From Phoronis australis (taxonomy: Eukaryota > Animalia > Phoronida): a stretch of 64,000 bases of DNA. This document shows, in pieces, positions 1-12,440 of the stretch. The stretch covers positions 835,059 to 899,058 of the forward strand of contig NMRA01000035.1 in assembly GCA_002633005.1 (NCBI GenBank), written 5' to 3'. The notes below the pieces were generated by a model. The model did not search any database. It was not told where the DNA came from and was given only the letters and a program-made list of their open reading frames with translations. The position numbers and the translations under genes are program-made. The stretch's first letter is position 1; each line of letters begins with the position of its first letter.

Positions 1-1275
1 TTTTTTTCAAAAATATTACATGTACATGTGCACAATATTACATGTACATGTACACTGTATGATATTGCACAAAACAACTTTACTATACATCAGTTACAAA
101 CGTGTGGAGTGTAATAGAATGACACGGCATGACAGATGAGGTAAAAACGTTGCACGTCAATTCGCCTGAATATCAGGGTTGCGGCACCGCAGTATTTCCC
201 CTAATCAAATCAAAACATATCTTAGGGTATAGAAGCTAGTTACCTAAAGAAATCGGCTATAGAACTGCTCTTTCAGCGGTGAATCCATATAAAATGCTTG
301 GCTACTTCAGAAGTGTCGACGGAAGCGCGCGCACAATAAATCCCCGCGCGTTTTGCCGATGAGCCACAAAGACTCAGCAATTCACAATGCAAAAACTATA
401 TTTTCAGAGTGAACACCCCTCTCATTTTTTTCCAAGTTGCATGGTTTACTTGGGGTTTACACACGCTGGCGGTGCCGTTTTTGTTTTGCTTGAGACGCTT
501 TTGGTTTTTTAATTTTTGGGTCCTGGCCCGAGGGGGGGGTTTAAACCCCCTGAACCCCCCCGTAGATCCGCTTCTGAATTGGTATGAAATAATTTGGTCA
601 TGAGTCTGAAATGTTAAGTAAGTTTCTGTACCAGTGTTATCCACTGGTATTGGTTTTAAACATTTCTATTTAAGGTGCATTTCTTCATCACCGTTTTATG
701 TAGTGACTACATAAAACGTTGCCCAGTCACTTGTCCTTGAACATTTATTAATAGCTGCTAACCAGTTAATAAAACAAAATATGCGCAAGAGGCGAGATGT
801 TACGCTGTTGCATTTTAAAGAAACATGTACCAAAGTTTTCGACAGAACACTTCGTGGTTATACTATACTTGGATAAAGTTTTTGCTGGAATTATTTGGCA
901 GTTTAGACGAACCTTTGTCGGACTTCAATGTGACATTGCGCCTATAGTTGCTAATTTTTTTGTGAATGGACTTACGTAGTAAGATGTCGCGATTTGAACT
1001 ACCTAAATGGAGCAACATCTGTTTTTGCTGAGATTTTGATAGAATTGAAATGAATTCTAGTCGAAAAGAAATGAATACTTAGCATCGTTTTTTTGCGCCG
1101 AAACTCAAATTTTGATGTCGTCCAGTTTATTTTGAAAACTACTTTACGATAGTTTTTACACATTTGCACAGTATTTGTTGGTATGCTTGAGAACATAAAA
1201 AACAGACCTGTCTATGCAGATGTTGTTGTTATAGCAACGTTACATGGGTATTAATCGATATCTTTAAAAAACATC

Positions 1276-1970
1276 CATTGTACAATTTTCATCCTAACGT
1301 CCATAAGGTCCATCTGCATAAACATAAAAACACGACCTGTTTTCTTTGACTAGCTTTCCCAAAAATGGGCGGATAATTCGAGGATTGCACTATTTTGTAT
1401 GAAACTGAAGTCACATAAAAAGCCAAACATTTTACAAAACCCCTGAAAACGCCAAACCAAATACTGCTTTAAGCACTACTTAAACTTGGGATTATTTCAA
1501 AGGAAAAGCCAAGACACCTACTCCATTAATAGTCGGTGGGCCAGATTTTGTAGGACCTCTAGAAAATGGTTTTTGTGAGTACTTTAGGGGGGCAATTTTA
1601 TTTTGGTGTTTTTTAGTTCATTTATTAGAGTGTTTTCAAAATCTAAAAAGTTCCCACATATAAAGTTGCACATTTTTGAGAAATTTGAGTTTGAAGTTAC
1701 CTAATAATCACCAANCATTGTACAATTTTCATCCTAACGTCCATAAGGTCCATCTGCATAAACATAAAAACACGACCTGTTTTCTTTGACTAGCTTTCCC
1801 AAAAATGGGCGGATAATTCGAGGATTGCACTGTTTTGTATGAAACTGAAGTCACATAAAAAGCCAAACATTTTACAAAACCCCTGAAAACGCCAAACCAA
1901 ATACTGCTTTAAGCACTACTTAAACTTGGGATTATTTCAAAGGAAAAGCCAAGACACCTACTCCATTAAT
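1276..1970. repeat. 255-bp direct duplication (1276-1530 and 1716-1970) across a single-N contig join
   Basis: The copies differ by one substitution that I could see (tattttg/tgttttg); the second starts immediately after the n at 1715. Confidence 0.9.
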
Positions 1971-2409
1971 ATAAAGAGACAGCGGACCTGCTTAACCAGA
2001 GAATGCTTGTTTCCCAACAAGTTGTTGTAAAGGCCGGAAAATTATTCAACGGTTTGAGTAGAGGCGTGCCCTGCTTAAACGTGGAATTAGGTAAAAAGTA
2101 ATCGCTAAATGTGTTTAGTAGTCTCATGATAAGAAAATTTATGTTTACATTGTTTTTTATCCTGTCAGAATGTTTACTTTGCCACATATTTTTGCAAAAC
2201 AAAAAAGGATAGGCGGCGTGGTCTGCTTAAACCTTGGAATTGGGTAGAACACAATCACGAAACGTGGTCAGAGAGACACCAAGAATAAAATTAAATCCTT
2301 ATACAACGTATTGTAACACTTTGAAGAATGTTAAGTTAATTGTTGTGGATTTGTTCCATCATTGTCTCCGATGTAGCGCGGCTGTATTTTGACAGGAGAT
2401 ATGACATCA

Positions 2410-2629
2410 TATCCCCTGGCGCATGCAGTGTAAAAATGGCCAGTTGCAGATTTGGAAAACTAAACGAAGGACTGTAGTATTATATGTAGTGTATTGGGGA
2501 CGATCAGAAGCTGAGGACGCCTGTGGTTATGATGGGCCCTTCCTTGTACTCCCAGATGGCGCTGAGTGCAATTAAAATGGCGGGTAATCTGGTTCTTCAC
2601 AACGATTCATCAGCTCATGTAGAGTACCG
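2410..2629 (+). promoter_or_regulatory. Candidate promoter/first exon of TSEN2
   Basis: NRF1-like GCGCATGC(A) at about 2419, YY1-like AAAATGGC/AGATGGCG at about 2434, 2554 and 2574, and donor CG|gtaggt at 2629/2630; the TSEN2 start exon has an acceptor and so needs an upstream exon. Confidence 0.4.
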
Positions 2630-3179
2630 GTAGGTATCATGGTTGTCTTCAACAGCACTTGTGAACTAGATGAAACGCGGTTGCTGTTAAAGCCAGCAGT
2701 ATCACCTGCTGTTGTTGCGCTAGGCAGTTGTCTATCCATAGACATTTATAACATGAATATCAAACATGAATGATCGGAGGCCGGACTTGGCCTTGGCCCT
2801 TGGCTTGCCAGCAGGGAAGTTTAGTGTCTAGCCACAGGAACACCACCGCCTCATCTGGGTCTACTAAAGTAAAGATGGTAGCCATCCCAGAGGCCCTCCA
2901 TACGCCGGAATTATGCCTCTCAATAATTAATCACTGATTAAACCATCAACGTTAAGTTGCTGTTGTGAAACATGCTTCCAGTTTCAGTGGCAGTGTATCA
3001 TATGAGCCTCAATCTGTTAGCCAGTAAAGATTAACGCGGAATAGGGCTGTGATGGATTCACGGCGACTCTTAAATCTCGATGTGTTTACTCACAATGCCA
3101 TGAACATCTATCAGGCACATATGCTGCTTCGTTTTCGTGCCACTGTCCAGAGTTTCACGTGTTATTTGTTGTCTGATTC

Positions 3180-4628
3180 GGTAATAGTCGGATAACTTGG
3201 TCCCATTTCAAATTCTGTCAGGAATACTTAAAAAATAAAATGAAGTGTCGCAATATACAATTGCCCACTCTCATGGATCACGCGCGCCACTCCACTCTCA
3301 CTTTTTCGTGAAATCTACAACATTTGAGAAGATACGCGACAAATTATATTCGCCTCCCGAGCGTTTTTCCTCAATCCAAGATGTCCGCCAATGAACTCAC
3401 GTTCGCGAGAGGACCGGCGTTGTTCTCGCGAACGGGGTCACGTTCGCGAGAGAACACGTGTTGTCTTCTCGCAAACGCAAACTAACTAACGTTCGCAAGA
3501 GGCCAAAAATGAACCCAATGAGAAAACGCAAAACTCCAACTTAGTTAAAAGAGATTTTTAAAAAAGGTTTTGTCGTTTCACCCGCTGATGACGTCATGCC
3601 CCACTATGCCAGGATAGCATAAATAATGACTCCGTGAAAAAATGACCCGAATTCTGGCGGATACGGATTGGGGGAAAATTGCTATAGGTGTGGGTGCATT
3701 TGCGGGGGGGGNNNNNNNNNNNNNNNNNNNNNNNNNNNNNNNNNNNNNNNNNNNNNNNNNNNNNNNNNNNNNNNNNNNNNNNNNNNNNNNNNNNNNNNNN
3801 NNNNNNNNNNNNNNNNNNNNNNNNNNNNNNNNNNNNNNNNNNNNNNNNNNNNNNNNNNNNNNNNNNNNNNNNNNNNNNNNNNNNNNNNNNNNNNNNNNNN
3901 NNNNNNNNNNNNNNNNNNNNNNNNNNNNNNNNNNNNNNNNNNNNNNNNNNNNNNNNNNNNNNNNNNNNNNNNNNNNNNNNNNNNNNNNNNNNNNNNNNNN
4001 NNNNNNNNNNNNNNNNNNNNNNNNNNNNNNNNNNNNNNNNNNNNNNNNNNNNNNNNNNNNNNNNNNNNNNNNNNNNNNNNNNNNNNNNNNNNNNNNNNNN
4101 NNNNNNNNNNNNNNNNNNNNNNNNNNNNNNNNNNNNNNNNNNNNNNNNNNNNNNNNNNNNNNNNNNNNNNNNNNNNNNNNNNNNNNNNNNNNNNCCTGGC
4201 ATAGTGGGGCATGACGTCATCAGCGGGTGAAACGACAAAACCTTTTTTAAAAATCTCTTTTAACTAAGTTGGAGTTTTGCGTTTTCTCATTGGGTTCATT
4301 TTTGGCCTCTTGCGAACGTTAGTTAGTTTGCGTTTGCGAGAAGACAACACGTGTTCTCTCGCGAACGTGACCCCGTTCGCGAGAACAACGCCGGTCCTCT
4401 CGCGAACGTGAGTTCATTGGCGGACATCTTGGATTGAGGAAAAACGCTCGGGAGGCGAATATAATTTGTCGCGTATCTTCTCAAATGTTGTAGATTTCAC
4501 GAAAAAGTGAGAGTGGAGTGGCGCGCGTGATCCATGAGAGTGGGCAATTGTATATTGCGACACTTCATTTTATTTTTTAAGTATTCCTGACAGAATTTGA
4601 AATGGGACCAAGTTATCCGACTATTACC
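3180..4628. mobile_element. Mutator-like (MULE) element with long terminal inverted repeats; centre is an N gap
   Basis: 3180-3613 is the reverse complement of 4195-4628 (434 bp); G-terminal ends; flanking 9-mers gtctgattc and gtttgcttc match 7/9; internal CACGTTCGCGAGAG subrepeats. Confidence 0.65.
3712..4194. other. Assembly gap (483 N)
   Basis: Run of n. Confidence 1.
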
Positions 4629-5470
4629 GTTTGCTTCTTTACTAGACAATGACCATCGTCTTTACTGGCACCGTCAGTAGAGACGATGAAGCTCCTATAG
4701 GCGCTTGATACACTGGAAGCTTTTCGGTGAATTATGCCTCGCACCGACTAAAATATCAAAGTCTCGTTGTTATAAATACCTTTTGCGAATTCTTCATTTA
4801 TTGGATGAAATTCATATATTCAGTGTTATGTTAGCTACACTATTACAAATTTAGTAATTGGTATACAAACATTTTTATTTTAAATTTATTCAATACCTTC
4901 ATCTATTTTGTTGCTTTCTTCGATTATTAGATTGTCTTTTTCTGATATCATATCACCGAAAACGAAATAGCCACACGATAACTAATGTTGCTTTCGTTGC
5001 TGGTCACAAAGCTGAGTCGAAAATGATCTTAATACCAGCTTGTCCTATGTCTCTCAGTGGTTTAAGTTCAACAGGTTCACCTTAAATGTCAAAAAGCTAA
5101 GAGTGCGGTTTCTTTCCCATCAGAAGACCAGGTTTATATCCCCCCTTGATTTGTTGTTCAGAAAGTCCTTGGAATTTTTCAGGCTTTATTCTAGATAGAC
5201 ATATGACCTGGGAATGTTTTGTAGATTACATTTGCTTTAAAGTCTCTCAGATAGTAAGAAACTTCCTGGATTTTGTTTCTTTGAATAATTTTGTCACATT
5301 TGGCATATTGTGATGTGTGGGCCTCTTGTAATGATGGTCTCAGAATTACATACATTGCAGAGTACGACAGCACCAATGATTCTACCAGTAATGGTATCAT
5401 TTTATGTCAATGCCAAATTGCTTTGCTTACTCTATCACAGAATCACTGATGGCAAGCAATACCAACTGAC

Positions 5471-5662
5471 ATGACGACTCTCATGAAATCCAAGCGCAGA
5501 CGACGAGTGTACTGCAGTAAAGAACCGCCACTGCCAGTTCCTGTTGAGAGCATCACTGGTGTACCGCCATCTGGTGGTTGTTGGAATTACTATACTGGTG
5601 AACTGGAGGGCAATGCTGTGCTTGTGAAACGGTCTGGGGATATTCAGTTTTTGTACAGACTT
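5471..5662 (+). CDS. TSEN2: TSEN2 coding exon 1 (MTTLMKSKRRRRVY...IQFLYRL)
   Basis: Acceptor ctatcacag at 5440, ATG 5471, donor gtaagt at 5663; the basic KRRRRVY..PLPVP N-terminus is typical of Sen2. Confidence 0.88.
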
Positions 5663-8600
5663 GTAAGTTTCAAAAGTCTCGCTTAGTTTATTGTGCCACT
5701 CTGTGTGTACAGGTGACTTTGTTTCGATCTTGCTACACACAAGTGTAGATTGAATTGAATTTCTTACAATGTCACTTAGGGTTGTGTTGGATCTTATTGA
5801 TAACCCTGTGCATATGATCAGCCAAGTATCTACTTAACTATGGAATTTAAGTGTGCAAAAATGTTTTGAAAGAAGAAAATCTTCAGAATTTGGATTTTTG
5901 GCTTCATACCATTCTGCCCTTAACGTGGTCATGTGACCAACTCTTCCTATTCAAATTTACCTTTTGAAGAAAGGTAACTTGACTCAATTTTGTTTGTTAT
6001 AAATGTTCAAGATGATATTTCAAAAACGTTGTCTCGCATAATCTTATGACTTGTTCGTCCCTTGATTAACAGCTTCCATAATATTCTCCTTGGTGAATTT
6101 CTGTGAAAGAAATTTGGATTACTTATTAATAAGAAACTTGAGTGTTTGAACTTCGATACAGCCGCAAGTAGGTTAACAACTTATTAAGAACTACCATAAA
6201 TGTTCAGGTTAACGCCCACGGTCAGTTAACCGCCCACCCCCAATTTTTTGGGTTTGCCAATTTAACCGCCCAGGGCGTTAACCCAAAAGTTTACGGTAAG
6301 CTACTGAAAAAGCAAGTGTATTGTCTGTTTTGGGGTGAAAAAATCTCACAAAACAATGGCACTTCTGCCAACGAGCTTTAGGCTGTAAATCAATTGTTAA
6401 ACTGCTGTCATAAGTGATCTTTTTTGTTTTTGTTTTTGTTTTGCATTTATTATTTAGAAAAGTCTCCGACTTGTCTGCAAATACACATTGAACCTGTCAT
6501 GTCACCTCTTCTATCTTTAGATATATTTCTAGGGATACTATGGCAAAGGCCAGTTCTCAAAGCGGGAACCTCAAGCTGTTACAGAATGTCAAAGGTCATT
6601 GCCAGGAAAATTTAACGATGGTTTGAAAGTAATGAGTAGACGGAGGTTGGTTTTTTTTTGTGTTTGCGTTTAGTGTGTTGGGAGTTTGGTTACTTTTAAC
6701 TTGTGGAGTCATGATTGTAATATGGAACCCTTTTTCGTGATGTGCCTCTATCACTCGTGTCATTTGACAGTTCACCCAGTGGAGGTTCATGTCCATTCTC
6801 ATTGTCTTTGGCTGTGAAACTGTCAGTGCATCATCATTCAGATCATTTGAAAACCATTCACAGGTAGCCCTCATGGCTTCCACTGACAACTTACAGTAAG
6901 CGTTATTGTTAAATCCTATTGCTAGCTGACCTGGCTGACCTTGTGACAGGACCCTTGATACATTTATTTCGAGATCGGATATCAGCCCCATTCCTTTCTG
7001 AAAAATATTTATAAATCACATGAAATTACCCTCATCGAGTCTAAAAATCCTCCCCTCCCAGTGATTAAAATGTACCCTCATGGTTAGAATCTTTTTAACT
7101 CCCACAGAGCCTTAGTTTCAAAATGTCTTATTAACAACTAAAATACACTTAAGAAGCGTGGGTGTGGAGAACAGAATCTGGACTAGTTTATCAGGGGTGA
7201 TTACATAATATTGAGCAATAAGTCATTTCTGGGGTTCAATACCTGACACTAGAAATGAAGAAATGGTTTAAAATGTCAGGTTTGACTGTGTGGGAAGGGA
7301 TTTTTCCCTCATCTGAAAAAATGTCCCTCTCATAAGGCATGGACACCTCTCCTCTCAGGTGAGTGAAGCCTCTTGGTGAACTTGCCATTTCCTCTCGTGT
7401 TTTGTTTTGTTTTATTTCATTCCATTATATTCAGGTTAAACTCAAAAGTATTGTATTTTTAATCCGTCTTTTATTAAAAATGTTCATTTGTTCATTATAA
7501 TACAACACTGAGCAATTATATGATACGATTTTGGTACATTTGAAATTTCAGTTATCTTCTGCGGAGAAAATGGTATCATGAGGCTCAAGGCGAAGTGAGT
7601 GATGTAGACGAGGGTATGTCGTTGCGTCAGTGCAAACATTCATTGGAACTCACAACAGAGAATACAGAAACGAATAGTGCCCATACCTCAGCTAACTGTA
7701 ACAAGAAAAGTGGTCTTTCCTGTCCAGGCTCTGATGCAAGTGATGAGGTTTCTGTTGTTGTCGAAGATTCTGAAGCCACTTCGACCCAACACAATGTTTT
7801 GGAGTCTGAGCAAAAATGGCAAACTTCTGCTGAGGACTGGGCGGAGGATGAAGGCAATTTCTGGGGCACTTCTGCTGATGTTGGTGAGAGTGAGGAAAGC
7901 AGACGTGCTCGGACTTTATGCAGTAATCCTGTTGTTGACCCGTGGAGTAATGTTGAAGCTTCGGAAGACTTTTGGATGTCAGATGCAGGGGGAGACACTT
8001 GTCTCAGTGACACCAGAGGTCAGGACAGGCATTCTAGTCCGCATGTCATCTCAAATTTATTTGAAAGTGAAAAGGGATCTGATGCTGAATTGCATAAAGA
8101 AGAAATGCATGGACTGTCTAGTAAGGACGTTGAAGATAGTAATAATCGTAAAAGGCTCAATGTAACAGAGGTACAAAACGTGTCCTCAGGTGAATTTAGT
8201 GGTGATGGTTGTAATGAAAATAGTGCAATACATGTGGATGACGAATCTTCATCTGGACAGTGCCTTGATGAAGTAGCAGACGACCTGGAGTCAAATGTAG
8301 CATATCATCCTCTATCGTTATTGGACGAGTCCGACGGTGAGTTATTAATCGTCGATGACTCTGATTATAGTGAAGATGAGGCTGGTGATGAAAGTGAGTT
8401 GAAATGGCGGCCATGTCAAAAAAGGGATCCGTATCCTGTTGAAGAATATTTACAGCTTTCGTTGGAAGAGGTACGTATGTGGTCTTGCTCTGAATCACAG
8501 GCCCTTGAATCTATCTGTTTCTTGTATCCACCACGGGCACCAACATTGTAATACTAGTATGGTTGCGACTCATTGAGAGATTCGTTTGCCTTGACTCTGA

Positions 8601-11600
8601 GTAAATGAAAAAAGTTATGGTAATTCAAATATTTTATGGTGAATAAGGAAACAAACCAGATAGGATTTCATTCTATGTTCTGAACAGAGACACTTGCAAA
8701 TTTCCACCTCTGTTTATAGCCAACGCTGCTGGTTGCAAAGAAATGATATCAAAACCACTGGCCTGGAAATACGAGTGTACTTTCAGATATCTTGACGAGT
8801 TCTCAAGTTTAGCGAAGACTTATACTTATTGTTATGAGAATATTGAATGTTTTGTAAGATAATGAATATGTTGCTTGATGAGTGTACCTGACACTGTGTT
8901 TTTTCATTTCTAAAGGCATTCTTCTTATCTTATGGGCTTGGGTGTTTAACAGTCCTGGATGAATGCAAGGTAACTACTTAATCTCTACCCTGATTACATG
9001 GTTTGTAGATAAAACGTGCCCGTATTTTGAGAACCAGTTTGATACCCGTTATTCAGTGGAGAAAACTGGTTCTCAAAATTTGGGCATGTTATATAAGACC
9101 ATTACCGTAGAGACTTAACTGAAATAGCGAATTCTCAGTGAACTTTTCTTGGACTTACTGACCAAAAGTCCAACAAAAATAATACTTCGTCCATTGGAGT
9201 TAATTCTCCCCTCCCTGTGAACCACAATTACCCCTAACATTGGAGACGTTGACTTTTATATTTCTGTGTTGGGTTTGCAATTTGTATACCAGTGGATGCA
9301 AAGAGTCGATTTTTGGACTCTTCACATGGCGTACTGAAAGTTAACCCAGAGTGGACATTTTGAAGAAGCATTGAACTTAATTTTATGTGCAAAAATGTAT
9401 ACCTCAAACTACATTCATCTTTGAAACAAGCTAGATGTGGTAGATGTTGGGCATTATCATCTTTCCAGGTGAAGATAACGATAAGCAGAGTTCGGAGATT
9501 TGGGATCGCAAAAACTGTTTTCCATGATGCCTTTTCTTTTTACCTACAAACAGTTAACTAATGTATGTTGTTTCTTGGTTGCAATATTCTTTCCAGGAGC
9601 CATTAAATTTGACAAGTATGTGGAAGCGATTCTGCAAAGCGTCGCCTCGATTCCTTCCCAACTATATAGCATACCACTATTACCGCAGCAAAGGATGGGT
9701 GCCAAAGTCAGGCTTGAAATATGGAGCTGATTTCTGTAAGCTTAATGTTCATGGCGTTGGTGAACAATATTTTAACAGTACTCGGTGTCTACCTGTTGGT
9801 TTTTTCAATTGACTGTTTGTTACTAGAAAACAACGGTTTACTGAGTTACCATGATACTTTATTTCTCGTTTAAGAATGACTTGCAAATTTGTGGAGATTT
9901 CTCTATCATTAATTTGGATTGACAGGATATGTGTCATTAAAGGTGTTATTAGAACGTGTATGATCAAAGAAAATTTTTACATTTTTAATTGCCTACTCTT
10001 ATAGGTTAGAGTTTACCGTCTCAATAAATATCAATAAATAATCGTTTCCAAAACAGATTACTCTTTTCTAAAGAGTTTGCACAAAATTTGAGCACTAGAT
10101 TTTTTTTTAATTTGGTGATTTTACTGCAGATTAAGTGGAGTTTATTGATTCTGTGGCTAGATTTGCTGTCCTGGAATTAAGAAGTTGGACATTTTGACTA
10201 AACTGTCATTGTGTGGGAATTTAATTCATCTGTAGCTTGTCACCTCACAACTGAACATGCGTACCCGCCATCTGTTGTACTGAAATTTGTAAATCGAACT
10301 TCAAAATGTGAAGAATGATCAGAAAAGCACCCCACTTTGCATTTCATCCTAAATATGTATTTTAACAACGTTTTCTTGTATTTTAAGAACCTAGGTACAT
10401 ACAGCAGTCCTGGGAGAATCTTTTGGTGCCAGTGTGGATCAAATTGGTTGCACACTAAGAAACATGGGATGGGATGGATTAACATAGTTGAGGTTTAGTG
10501 TTCTACAAAATCCTAATTCTGACACAAAAAGCAGTAGAAATGAGATTTTGGCTGGAACTATGCACCCAATAGAAGGACTATCAAATTTTTGCTGTCCAAA
10601 TTTCAGAAATGTAGCGGTCAGTCTGTCAACGAGAACTCCCAATATTAAAATTTTGCAGGAACTGCTTGAGGAATCGGTGAGAAAATTATTTTGCTGTCTG
10701 TCAAAAGATGTTGGCCTTTTAAGGATTCTCTGAAAGATCTTTGACTATTTCTTTACAAAATACAAAATTTGCCAAGGCAGGTCCAACGCAATAAAGTGGA
10801 GTGACCAGCATGTACCAGGATTGAAACCAACCCTGGCCTGTTGAATGTGAAAAGGAAAGGGTCTACCGGTGACAACCCCCAGAAGGGAGGGAATGGGCGA
10901 GAGGTTGATGCTGTGAATTCTTAGCATTTGCTACTCTTTCACTCTCCTTAATTTTGACCACCAAATCTTTCTTTTACACCAACTCTTGCCAAAATCTCAT
11001 CTGCAATGTCCGAGTCAGAAGCGCCGACTTTATGGAAAAGCAGACAATCAAAGATGTTTATCTACTGCTGCATTTTGGTTTCAAAAGAATACCAGACCTA
11101 CACTTGTGCCCCCTTCATAGTGTGGAAAATTTAAAAGACCACACCAATTTAGCTAGAAATATAAAATGGAGCTTTTTAGACCACAGTGCATTTTTCGTCA
11201 TATATGTTGCAGTGCTTTACAAACAGGGGCCACCATTTTACCACTCCTTGTACTCGCTAGTGGTGAGAATGGTGGATGACAGAGACCTTAGATGTACTAA
11301 GCACAACAGGAGACAGTTCTCTTGGATTTCATTGGCTGGAATGAACCGCATCACAGAACATGTGAATAAGGTAAAGAGTATCAAATTTCAACATGTTAAT
11401 GAGAATGAAATTAAAGGAAACATCCTCTCGCTACCGAAAATGACAATTGTAAATCCATATTACTCAGCCTTTCGAAAAAAGTCTCGAACATTTCCAAGTC
11501 GCAAACAGATATTACAAGCATTACCTTGTCAAAATGCTGTCAATTGTTCCTAGAATGGTCTGCTCGCATCCTGAATTGTTTTGATAGCAGAAAGCAAATT

Positions 11601-12138
11601 CTTATGCAGTTTTAAAAGTGAAAGCTAAGGCTGTTTAAAACTTAAACTTTAAAGCCACTAAAAATGTTGAAGTGGGCCCTTCAGTATGGTTTGCTTCATT
11701 TGCATGTCTGCGAAAATGCTGTCCATTCAGCCCAAAAGCTTGCTCAAAAATTACCTGTGGAAATGGCTGTGGACTATAATAGTCCCTAACATGGCACTTA
11801 AACTGTGGTTTGTTTTGTTCACTCTTAAGACTACATGAGCTCCCTCAATTATTTTTCTGCTAGTAAAGTCCTTCAGAAACAGCAGATCAGAGAAGGCGAA
11901 TAAACCGAGTACGAGTGTTGTTTTACTCGATTGTTTCGTAAATCCTGTCCACCATTCTTTCGGGTTTCAGGAGCTGTTGTTTTGTTTCGTCGTCAAACCC
12001 AGTTCTCTATCTGACCAGGATTTGCTGTCACCTCGGTGCATCCAACAATTCAGAGTACAGGAAATTGTTGTGAAAAGATGGGTAGCTAAGCAAGAACGAG
12101 ACCAGCATGGAAACATAGTGCCTGAAATGATTCCATAG
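5471..12138 (+). CDS. TSEN2: tRNA-splicing endonuclease subunit Sen2, complete spliced CDS join(5471..5662,6533..6645,7552..8470,8916..8969,9597..9735,11213..11370,11971..12138), 1743 nt, about 580 aa
   Basis: All 6 introns are GT..AG with compatible phases. Translation gives Sen2 hallmarks [52 protein letters not shown], R.....NKEL and IVVKRW; the catalytic Tyr/His/Lys triad is intact. Confidence 0.95.
6194..6296. mobile_element. Small TA-flanked MITE with CCGTA-type (Tc1/mariner/pogo) ends
   Basis: ta|ccataaatgttcaggttaacgccc ... gggcgttaacccaaaagtttacgg|ta. Confidence 0.65.
6533..6645 (+). CDS. TSEN2: TSEN2 coding exon 2 (GYYGKGQFSKREP...KVMSRR)
   Basis: Acceptor tttctag; conserved GY(F/Y)GKG..S..P motif; phase-2 donor gttggt fits the next exon. 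Confidence 0.85.
7552..8470 (+). CDS. TSEN2: TSEN2 coding exon 3, large acidic insert ending in [10 protein letters not shown]
   Basis: Acceptor atttcag at 7551, open for 919 nt (ORF 7595..8551), donor gtacgt directly after the conserved LQLSLEE. Confidence 0.9.
8916..8969 (+). CDS. TSEN2: TSEN2 coding exon 4 (AFFLSYGLGCLTVLDECK)
   Basis: Acceptor ttctaaag, donor gtaact; continues the EEAFFL..LGCL motif. Confidence 0.93.
9010..9093. mobile_element. Hairpin MITE, TTTTGAGAACCAGTTT...AAACTGGTTCTCAAAA family
   Basis: Palindromic core shared with 14271-14368, 16614-16713 and the ends of 62215-63095. Confidence 0.75.
9597..9735 (+). CDS. TSEN2: TSEN2 coding exon 5 (EPLNLTSMW...KYGADF)
   Basis: Acceptor ttccag, donor gtaagc; contains [18 protein letters not shown] with the catalytic Tyr. 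Confidence 0.95.
11213..11370 (+). CDS. TSEN2: TSEN2 coding exon 6 ([10 protein letters not shown]...RITEHVNK)
   Basis: Acceptor gttgcag, donor gtaaag; carries the catalytic His and Lys. Confidence 0.95.
11971..12138 (+). CDS. TSEN2: TSEN2 last coding exon (ELLFCFVVKP...VVKRWVAKQERD...EMIP*)
   Basis: Acceptor gtttcag; conserved ELL.C and V..RW....R C-terminus; TAG at 12136-12138. Confidence 0.93.
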   Translation, partial: ELLFCFVVKPSSLSDQDLLSPRCIQQFRVQEIVVKRWVAKQERDQHGNIVPEMIP

Positions 12139-12227
12139 GTGGTCGACTATTGGATGGGAACGTTGACTCCCTTTACGCAAACGTCTATCAGCTATGTTAC
12201 AAGTGCTAGACACAAGTCCCTGCTATA

Positions 12228-12440
12228 GATACCATGTTAGGGTAGAAGTTCTCCACTTTGGGACTGTCTATAAAATTTAGGACTCCGAATTCTTGTTGTA
12301 ATTGAATTTTCTTGATTCTGAAGAGCCTCAGATGCCTCCCCATAATGTGCTACTTCCAGGTGAATGATCTTTTGTCGTTGATCGTAATTCTTAATTTTGG
12401 CACAGCCAATATTGTTTGTTTCTAAAATTTGGTACAAGCT
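12228..12440. mobile_element. Interspersed repeat in the TSEN2 3' UTR; inverted copy at 18589-18778
   Basis: gactgtctataaaattt..., tgatcgtaattctt...cagccaatattg...tggtacaagct are diverged reverse complements of 18589-18778. Confidence 0.7.

Noticed and set aside
505-576. GC-rich hairpin resembling a terminator
   Set aside because: The reverse complement reads cagaagcggatctacggggggg..., a common transposon-end pattern; the partner end was not identified, so it is not listed as a feature.
3594-4238. Five long ORFs of 176-214 aa in the ORF track
   Set aside because: They run through the N gap and are artefacts.
7627-8498. Overlapping alternative-frame and antisense ORFs within TSEN2 exon 3
   Set aside because: Shadow ORFs of a long coding exon with no recognisable motifs.
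10954-11553. 199-aa ORF as a stand-alone gene
   Set aside because: Only 11213-11370 is Sen2-like; the rest is intron read-through.
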